In this document: positions 45,712-54,600 of the stretch, piece after piece
Layout: every line of letters begins with the position of its first letter
Position numbering within the stretch: the first letter of the stretch is position 1
IMG/VR virus record: IMGVR_UViG_3300009034_000020
Coordinates: 1-64,000 of that record
Reading direction: 5' to 3' (one strand)
DNA from: a virus
Length of the DNA stretch: 64,000 nucleotides
The notes under the pieces: generated by a model
Told to the model about the DNA's origin: nothing
What the model saw: only the letters and a program-made list of their open reading frames with translations
Databases searched by the model: none
Made by a program: the position numbers and the translations under genes

Positions 45712-47434
45712 TGTACCGGTAAAGGAACTCTTGTTCGGCGGGATCGACCCAGAGAGCGATCTGCACAAGATCCTCCTGGACCCGACCCCGGAGTGGACGC
45801 AGAAGTGGATCGAGTCCTTCTTGAGCATCGACTCGGAGCAGGGCGCTATCGTTTCTTTCAAGCTCTACCCGCAGCAGGTCCAGATGCTCTACGGTGGGAC
45901 CGGCCGCGACGTTACCATCAAGGGCCGCCAGACGAGGGCTTCCTCGTTGTTGCTGGCCCGCAACCTCCGCCGCATGACGACCGGCTCGGGGTTGAAATGC
46001 GTGGTAATGACGCAGGACGACCAGACGACAGCTACGTTCCGGGAAAGGCTCAAGCACCACCTGCGTGACCTGGCTACGCACGGGCTGGAGTACATAATCG
46101 CCCTGGACAACGACAACGAGCTGGTGATTGGCGACCTGGAGAACCGTTACATGTTCACCTCGGGTGAGCAGCGAGTCGCTGGGCGAGCCATTACCGGACA
46201 CATAGTCCATCTCTCTGAGGTGGCCCACTATCCGATGGACAAGGCGTACACGCTCCTCGGCGGTATTACGCCGTCCGTGCCTGGGCCGCCCTATGGGCAA
46301 TTCGACATGGAGAGTACACCAAAGGGGGCGGAGGGTGTCTTCTACGAGCACGCGATAGGTGCCAAGCCGATGAACCCAGAAGACGATTGGACGGTCCACC
46401 TGTACCCCTGGTGGTTAGAGCCGCGTTATGTCGTGGGTACCGGAACTGCGGTAGATAAGAAGGTAACGGAAACGGAACTCGCTCGGCGAATCGCCGAGTT
46501 CGAGCCTAGCCCGGATGAAGCGAAGCTCATAGAAGAGTTCGGGCTAAGTGTCCCACAGATCTTGTGGCGCCGAGTCACCTGGCGGGCGATGGCGAAGACT
46601 GATACGCCGTTCCTCCAGGAGTTTGTCGAGCGGATCGACACGTGCTTCGTAAGCGCGAGCGAGAACTTCTTCGCTAGCCCGGATGGCGTGGACCACCTGG
46701 CCTACTACCGTGTCGGGCTGCGGGAGCCGGTCATGAAGAAGGAGACGCTACCTTGGGCTGGCGGAGACATCAGTTTCTTCGGGTCGAATCTGTCGATCTG
46801 GGAGTTCCCACAACCGGGTGAGGTATACGTCGGCTGGATGGACTGTGCCGGCGGTGGCCTCGATGAGAGGAGCGACTTCACAGCGTTGACGGTGCTGAAC
46901 GTGCAGACGATGCACCACGTGGCTACCTTGCGGTTGAAGGTAGCGCCGACTGAGGCGGCAGCCATGGCCGCTGCCGTGATGAAGTACTACAATTCGGGAG
47001 CCCTAGGTGGCGAGCGAGATGCATACGGCGCGACCTGCGTGAGCACTCTAGAACGGATAGGCTACCGGAACCTGTGGTACTACACCGATCCTACGAGGAA
47101 TGTGGAGCCGCAGGTATGGGGCCACCCGACACAGGTGCGGGACAAGATCCTGGAATCCCTACGCAAGCAGGTCTTCGAGCATAGCCTCGTGACCTCAGAC
47201 AGGATACTCCTCCAGGAGATGGGTTCCTTCGGTTGGGCTAAGGCTCGCGGTACGCGGAAGGCAGTAGGAAAGCAGAGTCACGATGACCTTGTGTTATCTA
47301 TGGCGGGGGCCACGTATATCGCGCCCTTCTATCGCGCCCGAGCTAAGGCCCCGGATGAGCCCATATTGATCGATAAGCACGGGCTGGTTATAAGAAAGGG
47401 GTCGCGTAAAGGCCCCCAGCCGTGGATGAGGTAG
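45701..47434 (+). CDS. terL: terminase large subunit
   Basis: YPQQ, KGRQ, VHLSEVA, MESTP.G, nuclease MDCAGG..SDFT, HDDLV. Confidence 0.9.
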   Translation: MTANVPVKELLFGGIDPESDLHKILLDPTPEWTQKWIESFLSIDSEQGAIVSFKLYPQQVQMLYGGTGRDVTIKGRQTRASSLLLARNLRRMTTGSGLKCVVMTQDDQTTATFRERLKHHLRDLATHGLEYIIALDNDNELVIGDLENRYMFTSGEQRVAGRAITGHIVHLSEVAHYPMDKAYTLLGGITPSVPGPPYGQFDMESTPKGAEGVFYEHAIGAKPMNPEDDWTVHLYPWWLEPRYVVGTGTAVDKKVTETELARRIAEFEPSPDEAKLIEEFGLSVPQILWRRVTWRAMAKTDTPFLQEFVERIDTCFVSASENFFASPDGVDHLAYYRVGLREPVMKKETLPWAGGDISFFGSNLSIWEFPQPGEVYVGWMDCAGGGLDERSDFTALTVLNVQTMHHVATLRLKVAPTEAAAMAAAVMKYYNSGALGGERDAYGATCVSTLERIGYRNLWYYTDPTRNVEPQVWGHPTQVRDKILESLRKQVFEHSLVTSDRILLQEMGSFGWAKARGTRKAVGKQSHDDLVLSMAGATYIAPFYRARAKAPDEPILIDKHGLVIRKGSRKGPQPWMR

Positions 47435-47436
47435 CT

Positions 47437-48024
47437 ATGCCAATCAAAGGGGAACCACTTTCGGAAGAGATGCGCCGGGTATTCTACGGCCGTACGGCAC
47501 CGAGTACCTACAAGCTACACGCTACCGAGAAGGTGAAGATCCGACAGCGCCTCAAGGCGTTCGAGAAAATCAAGCAGCCCGAGGAACTTCAGCGGCGAGA
47601 GACCTACCGTTTGCGCGCTGCGCGGGAGGGACGGGTAATGCCTTTGGGACGCGACGTTGGTGGTGCCCGCCGGGGTCTAATACCCGGCTTGCCGCCGGGG
47701 CCAATGAACATCTTCGCGGGGATGGGCCTTGCCGGCTTGGGAGCTAAGATCGCCGCACCGGGGGCAGCGAAGGGGCTCTTCTACGTCGCTAGGCGGGGAG
47801 CATTCTACAAGCTCGCACAGGCCCTCGGTGGTGCTATGGCATCTACGAGACAGCCTGCCCAGCCAATAGAGACTCCGCACTCAAGGGTAGAGTACATCAA
47901 GGAAGCAGCCCGGAAGGTTGTGGGTAAGGTCCCCCGAGACATACCACAGGGAGCAATGCGAACTAGCCCCCGACGTGAGTCTATCGCAGAAGAAGTCAAG
48001 CGGATGCGCGGGAGGGTGCGGTAA
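47437..48024 (+). CDS. basic hypothetical protein
   Basis: Lies between terL and portal; GAGG RBS. Confidence 0.55.
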   Translation: MPIKGEPLSEEMRRVFYGRTAPSTYKLHATEKVKIRQRLKAFEKIKQPEELQRRETYRLRAAREGRVMPLGRDVGGARRGLIPGLPPGPMNIFAGMGLAGLGAKIAAPGAAKGLFYVARRGAFYKLAQALGGAMASTRQPAQPIETPHSRVEYIKEAARKVVGKVPRDIPQGAMRTSPRRESIAEEVKRMRGRVR

Positions 48025-50000
48025 TGACCGAAGTCATGTTCCTGGAGGGCGGTGAGGCCGCAGCAGTCATGCAGACGGTCTCGAAGCGCCTCCAGTACGC
48101 CCGGCACTACTGGAAGCCTCTGCACATGCGGCAAGACTACTGGATGTCGATGTACACCTTGCTCGACACGATCCAGCAGTCCAAGCCTCTGGGCTATCGC
48201 CGGTTCGTCTCCAACGAGCCCAAGACTTCTGTCGAAGCCGCCCAGGCGATCCTCACTAGGAATGAGACCAAGTGGCGGATTGACCTCACTCGTGACGAGA
48301 CCGAGACTGATGAGGAGCGTCTTGTCGTAGGCAAGGTCGAGCGCACTCTCGCCGGCATCATCTACGATGTCGATGAGATGTTCTCCATGCGAGGCGAGAT
48401 GCCCTTCTGGAAGCGCATTGCTATGCAGGCGCTGCTACGTGGGTGGATCTGGGCGAAGGTCCACGTCACCACAGAGGCTCTCAACTACCGAGAATCCCCC
48501 CTGATCGCAGACGTGTATGACTCGCGGACTGTCTACCCGCTCTTTGACCAATATGGCCTCAACTGCGTCATCATCCAGCGCCTGACCACACTCGGCGAGT
48601 TGGTCATGCTCTACCCAGACCGATTCGGCGACTTCGAGAATAAGCAAGACTACAACCCATGGGCGCCGGCAGTGAAGGTAGAGTACTGGAGCAACGCCCG
48701 CGGAAACCAGCCAGGTATTACGTGTACACTCGCCACAGTAGGTGAAGCCTCAAGAGGAGGTAGCTACCATCTCTTGGAGGCCCCGCTCGGTGCGGGCACC
48801 CGGTGGGTTATCCCGCCCTACTTGCATGGCTACCCGCCACAGGCACTCCCTGTCGTGGGCGTGCCCTGCAACGGTATCAACATCGAGGCTAAGCCCGCCC
48901 TAACTGGTGTGCTGGAGCAGCGCCTCACGGAGCGCGCCGACCTCATGGCGATGCAGCTCATGAGCTGGCATGGTCCTGGCACCGGCGTGGCTGACACGGG
49001 GCGGAGCATCCTGAGCTCTGTCGAGGAGCAGATGCCGCAGTACAACGAGCTCATTGCCACCATCTTCCAGCACTTCACCATCGGGACCTATGGCACGTGG
49101 GTGTTCACTACACCTATGGGCGAGATCCCCGAGTGGGAAGGTGGGATCGAGGCTAAGATCGCCATGCGACCTGGTGAGAGCGCTAAGCGCTATGAGCCGA
49201 CCCCCATCAACCAGGACGCCTACCGCCTAGTGGACATCTTGACCAACGAGCGGGAGAAGGGCGTGCTGAGTAGCATCCTTAGCGCCGTTGGTCCCTTCCA
49301 GGGCACCGGTGTGCTGTTCCAGCAGATCACGAACTCCGCGCTAAACGCGCTAGAGCCGTTCGTCAGTGGCATAAAGCAATTTGGTACCCGTGTAGGTGGA
49401 TCAGTCCTGAAGCAGATGCAGCTCGCCGCTGGTGAGCTAGAGCCCTTCGAGGTGACTTCGCCTACCTACTTCCGCATCGAGTTCAACCCGAAGACAGACC
49501 TAGACGCTGGCCGGCGCTACCGGGCTGTCCCGGTAATGAAGCCCGCACTGCCTGACGACCTTACGGTTCGCCTTACAGCAGCCCGTATGGCTCTCGACCC
49601 GCGGCGTCCGATGCTGTCGTTGGTCACTGTCCTGGAGACAATCCTCATGTCGGAGGATCCCGAGGGCGAGGCGGACAGGATCTGGGAAGACATGGCGAAC
49701 ATGGACCCGGTTATCATCGTGGACCAGATCGCCGACGCCATGGAGCGCTTGGGCGAGCCAGAGATGGCGGCCCGAATGCGCGAGCAGGAGTACCGTATGA
49801 GGCTCATTGAGGACATCAAGTTCCGTCAGATGACGGGCAACATGCCCGCTCAGCCTGGACGTGCGGCTGGTGCTCCGCCGGAAGCCGGTTCTCCCGAAGC
49901 CACGCGCCGCACCGGCGAGGGCCGGGAGGGCGCTGGTGCTGGCATGAGTGATGAAGGGCTTCGGATGATGGGCGCCATGGGTGAGAGGACTGGAGTCTAA
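48024..50000 (+). CDS. portal protein (putative)
   Basis: 658 aa, position after terL, helical C-terminus. Confidence 0.7.
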   Translation: MTEVMFLEGGEAAAVMQTVSKRLQYARHYWKPLHMRQDYWMSMYTLLDTIQQSKPLGYRRFVSNEPKTSVEAAQAILTRNETKWRIDLTRDETETDEERLVVGKVERTLAGIIYDVDEMFSMRGEMPFWKRIAMQALLRGWIWAKVHVTTEALNYRESPLIADVYDSRTVYPLFDQYGLNCVIIQRLTTLGELVMLYPDRFGDFENKQDYNPWAPAVKVEYWSNARGNQPGITCTLATVGEASRGGSYHLLEAPLGAGTRWVIPPYLHGYPPQALPVVGVPCNGINIEAKPALTGVLEQRLTERADLMAMQLMSWHGPGTGVADTGRSILSSVEEQMPQYNELIATIFQHFTIGTYGTWVFTTPMGEIPEWEGGIEAKIAMRPGESAKRYEPTPINQDAYRLVDILTNEREKGVLSSILSAVGPFQGTGVLFQQITNSALNALEPFVSGIKQFGTRVGGSVLKQMQLAAGELEPFEVTSPTYFRIEFNPKTDLDAGRRYRAVPVMKPALPDDLTVRLTAARMALDPRRPMLSLVTVLETILMSEDPEGEADRIWEDMANMDPVIIVDQIADAMERLGEPEMAARMREQEYRMRLIEDIKFRQMTGNMPAQPGRAAGAPPEAGSPEATRRTGEGREGAGAGMSDEGLRMMGAMGERTGV

Positions 50001-50950
50001 TGCCTGAACCACCGATACCAGAAGACATTCCTGCAACGGATAGCCCGCTGTGGGAAATCGGGCTACGCTCGCTCCTCTACTGGAAGATCTGGCAGCAGCA
50101 GGAAGGCAAACTGACTGCTGAGGGAGAAGCGGCGTGGGAGGATACAGCGGAGGCTTATTACCAGAGTGACCCCGACCGGTTCATGGCGGTAACAGGAGAA
50201 CTAGGCGCCGACTTGCCCCCAGAGGCCAAAGAGTACATCGGCCTCTCCACGGAGGGGGACATCACGCAAGCGCTCATCAACTTCCTGGGGGCTCCCACTG
50301 CTACGACTACTACGGGGAGGCGGGTAACTGTGGAGCGCCGGGCTAGGTACATCGACATCCCAACTGAAGAAGGGTGGCTGGCAGGTGCCTCGAACCTGGT
50401 GGATTCCTTCACCCGCTCCTTCCTGGGCTACATCTCAGAGATGCGCCAGGGAGGCCAGCTCGTTGAAGCACAGGCCACGTGGCTCCGCCAGAACATCGGT
50501 GAGTTCTACAGCGCCTATCAGGCTGAGCTTGCCAAGCGCGCCGAGGCTGGTGAACTAGAGTTCGGGGTTACTGGCATCCCCAAGGATATTACCGAGCTAG
50601 AGAAGGTCGGCGTCCGGCCTGGGGAAATCGTCTCCCAGGACATCGAGTCGTACATCAGCAGCATCGAGCAGCGGCTGGCCGACCCCGAGGGCCTTACGCC
50701 CGAGCAGGTCGCGCAGCTCAAGCAGACATCCACCAGGATGGAAAGCATGAAGGAGGAGTTCTGGGGGACAGAGGAGCTTATCACTCGTCCTCGCCTAGAG
50801 GTGACAATGGGGTACACGCCCACGGAGTTCCTCAAGGAGTTCTACGACGAGGGTGCGCTCAAGGCGCGAATCGCTGCCAAGCGTCCAACTACTAGGCCCG
50901 GTACTGCACCGGGGGCTATTGGCGCGGGCGGTAGGCCGCGGAGGATCTAA
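50000..50950 (+). CDS. hypothetical virion protein
   Basis: TAATG-coupled in the head operon. Confidence 0.6.
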   Translation: MPEPPIPEDIPATDSPLWEIGLRSLLYWKIWQQQEGKLTAEGEAAWEDTAEAYYQSDPDRFMAVTGELGADLPPEAKEYIGLSTEGDITQALINFLGAPTATTTTGRRVTVERRARYIDIPTEEGWLAGASNLVDSFTRSFLGYISEMRQGGQLVEAQATWLRQNIGEFYSAYQAELAKRAEAGELEFGVTGIPKDITELEKVGVRPGEIVSQDIESYISSIEQRLADPEGLTPEQVAQLKQTSTRMESMKEEFWGTEELITRPRLEVTMGYTPTEFLKEFYDEGALKARIAAKRPTTRPGTAPGAIGAGGRPRRI

Positions 50951-51123
50951 TGGGAGTAATCTCACGACGAGCTGACAGGTTTGTACGGAACAGGATTGGA
51001 CGCCGATCATCGGCGGTCGAGCCTAAGCCGCGAGAGAAGAAACGGCGTGCTAGAGTTGCTAGCCTCTTCACCGACCTGAACGTACGTCGTCGGAAACTGC
51101 AAAGGCTTAGGAGGGGATTGTAA
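50950..51123 (+). CDS. small Arg-rich protein (57 aa)
   Basis: TAATG overlaps at both ends. Confidence 0.5.
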   Translation: MGVISRRADRFVRNRIGRRSSAVEPKPREKKRRARVASLFTDLNVRRRKLQRLRRGL

Positions 51124-51671
51124 TGCCTAGAGATGCAGGTGGTGGAAGCCCTCTATCTAACTTGGCCGCACGTCGTCGCATGATCCAGAAGACGCGCGAG
51201 AGCCTATTCGGTCAGGGCGAGCGTGGCGTTGAGCCCGTACAACGCCCTATCCCCGGTCGCGTACCGGCGGAGCCCAAGAAGGGAGCCCCCGCGCCCGTAG
51301 CCGGCGAGGAGGAAGGGATTACCGACGAGCAGCGCCAGGAGATGATTCGTGAGACCATGACGACCATGGCCAAGATGCAGGCGGGTGGTCGCCCAACGAT
51401 GCCGCAGAAGCAGTACGAGCCGCAGGCACCAGGACAAGCTCCGATGGTCCCGCGCCTCCAGGAATGGGGTGCTGAGAAGCTCTCTCCCGAGATGCAATTC
51501 TACCGGATTGCCGGCAGGAACCCGTCTCCGCGTGAGCTGGCGGTCTTCAGCTCCCGGATTGAACTAGAACGGGAGCTTGGGCGTGTGCCCACTCGCTCCG
51601 AGCTGAAGGCGTACATCGCCCGTGGAGTCCCGATGAGCCCGGCGCATCCACGCGCCTTTGAGGCAGACTAA
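51123..51671 (+). CDS. hypothetical virion protein
   Basis: TAATG-coupled. Confidence 0.6.
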   Translation: MPRDAGGGSPLSNLAARRRMIQKTRESLFGQGERGVEPVQRPIPGRVPAEPKKGAPAPVAGEEEGITDEQRQEMIRETMTTMAKMQAGGRPTMPQKQYEPQAPGQAPMVPRLQEWGAEKLSPEMQFYRIAGRNPSPRELAVFSSRIELERELGRVPTRSELKAYIARGVPMSPAHPRAFEAD

Positions 51672-54600
51672 TGGGCAGTCCTTGGGACGTAATCAAGGGA
51701 GGTGCTCAGAAACTGGGCGACGTTGTTGAAGATGTCGCCCTATTCCCCGTCAAGGCTTCGACGAAGATCTGGCAGCATACAGGCTGGCTCTTCGGAGTTG
51801 AACCCGGCTTCCTGCCTAAAGAGGAAGACATCAAGATACAGGCAGAGGCTGCCTTGGAGGCCAAGTCGCCAGAGCAGGCCCGTGAGATCATCAACTCCTA
51901 TATCGGCCACGAGTCTGGTGACGCTGCTATTGTGCGGATGATGCAGCGGCAGGGGCTCCTAGAGCGCACGCTGTTCTCTACAGAACCCGAGGACGCCTAC
52001 CTATCTATAGACCCCTTCAGCAACACAGGCCGGACCTTGTTCGCCTCGGGAGCGCTGGGAGATCAGTACGGCGGCATTGACCCCTGGATGTTGTCAGATA
52101 CAACCTTGCAGGGGCTGATGGAGGAGAACCCCCGCATGATGTGGTTGTACATGCGGGAGAAGGATCCTCTTGCTATGATGCCCGTTGTCGCCGAGACAGA
52201 CATGGAGAAGGTCGGGCAGGGCCAGTCTGGCAAGTGGTACGACTCCATCTTCGACCTTGGAGGCAGGATCCTCGGTGGTGGCAAGGACATCGGTATGCGC
52301 ATTATCATGGTCCCCGAGCGGTTCGAGGAGATGGCCGGCTGGTACTATTACAACGACATCCCCGATGCACACATGCGCCTCCAGATGGCCCACCAGATGT
52401 ACGAGTACAACCTCAACTTCTGGGACTGGGACAAGACACACGAGGCCGGCGCCCGCAATGCCATGGACGAGATCACGGCTAGGGGCCTGCGTGGCGAGGA
52501 AGCCGCGGAGGAGCTGGCAAAGTACATGGCGACAGACAACATGGGCCTGGCCGGCTCGGTAACAGATCTCGTCGGTAAGATCCTCTACGATCCTTTGTGG
52601 CTGGTACCCGTTGGGAAGGTTGCCCAGTTGGGGGTAGGTATGCCGCTGCGTGCAGCGACAGGCGCCCCGAAGATCTCGCGGCTTCTTCGCTTCTTCGCTC
52701 CGGCTACGCGCCGGGCGATGAAGGACGCCCCGAGGGGGACCTACACCTGGAAGAAGATCTACGAGATGGACGCCCTCACCCATGCAGACTTCCGGGCAGC
52801 GAGTGCTGGGAAGGGGGCGCTCGCTTTCCTCGCCGAACGAGACCCCGGAGCCTTCGGCCGGCTGGTCGCCCGCCAGATGCAGTACAAGATCTACCCACAC
52901 ATGGACGATATTGCGCGTGACCTCGGTGTGGGTGGGAAGATGATGGATGACCTGCTCCGCACTTTCCAGACAGGTAAGCTCCAGGGCTGGGTGAAGCAGG
53001 GTATCCCCGACCTATTCGACGAGCCTACAGAGGCTATAGCGAACTTCTCTCGTCGTGCCTGTTCCCAAGGCGAGTTCACCATGGGCGTGAACCAGAAGCT
53101 GAGCGACATCGCAGAGAGCCCCTTCTGGTCCGCCTTCAATCGCTACGACGAGATCGCTTCAGAAATCGGCGAGCATGTCACTGCTCCTGGGGTACTGAGT
53201 GCTGGGACCCGAACCACGATACGGAAGTTGGCCGATGACGTTGTGCGCCTGGCGGCGCAGGGCGAGAGGCCCAGCCCGACTCTCCAGCGGCTAGGGCAGA
53301 ACCTCCATGAGGCTGCGCGGACTGGCAATAAGGTTGCTATCCGACAGCACTCCGATGAGCTACTTTCGACAGTACGGCTTGCGCGCAGCACTACCATCGA
53401 GACCCATTTCCTCGACCAGGCCAACAATGCTATGGTCACTGCCCAGAAGGCGGTCTTCCGTAACTCCGCCGCGGGCCGGATCTTGGTGGATAAGTGGATG
53501 CCTATAGTCGGTGGGATGCGCCAGGCGATTGCCGGCATTACCCTGAACAACCCCGGCTTCGTCTTCCTGAACATCATGAGCAACATGGCCCGGCACATGT
53601 GGACCTTCGCTCGGCACCCAGGACTGGCCGGTCGAACCTACTCCCAGTCCCTATTCGCCGAGATGACAGCAGTCTTCCCGAGAGGCGGCAAGTACCCGGC
53701 ACTCTTCCTGCGGAGGTTGGGCGGGCATCCGGGCCTGACGCCACGTCGAGTAGAGCACTTCATCTCCAGCCAGACCGGTATCCATGAACTCCTCGCTCAG
53801 CGTGTCGCCCGAGGGGAGCTCGGGCCATCGGAGATGATGGAGCTCCTGGCGAAGGAATCTCAGCAGCCGATCAAGCACTTGTTTGAAGCTCCCCGCAAGG
53901 TCTTCGGCCTCAACCAGGATAAGCTCATGTTCCCCGTCTACCTGGCGGGCCGCATGGACTCTGCCGCCCGGCGTGGCGCCTTCTTCGCCTCGCTCAATGA
54001 GCAGGCCGGGCTAATGGCTGTCCCCTCGTGGGTTGGCCGCGGGCCTGGGCGTGCACTAGCCGACGACTTGGCGCGGATGGGCGTCGAGGGATCGACAGCA
54101 CGGCGTATCGAGTCCCAGCAACTTGACGATCTCCGGGCCATCATGACTGGGGAACTAGAGGTTCCCGCCGGCAAGACGGCCGAGGGGTTCTTCCTGGAGC
54201 GTGCTCTGGTACGGGCCGACCAGATCGAGCAGGGTGTAGCCACAGCAGGAGGCTTCTCCGTTACTGACGTTGCCTGGCGCTGGGCAAAGCTAGGCGAGCC
54301 GCAGGGCCTCGGGCTCCTAAGCGATGATGCTGCCCGCGCAGCCTTGCGTGACATCTGGCCGCTTGCCGACCAGCTACATGTCGAAGTTCTGGAGCCATAC
54401 CTGGCAGAGGTCATCGCTGGGAAGCGTACCCTTCGCTCCTTGAACCACATGATCGACGCGCGGGTCATGCCGTACTACGGGGAAGCAGACATCATGGCCC
54501 AGCTTAGCAACATGCACAACATGATCCGCAACCCGACCACTTACCTGGATGGCCTACGATTGAGCAATCGCGCAATCGTTGCGGAGATGGCGGATGATGC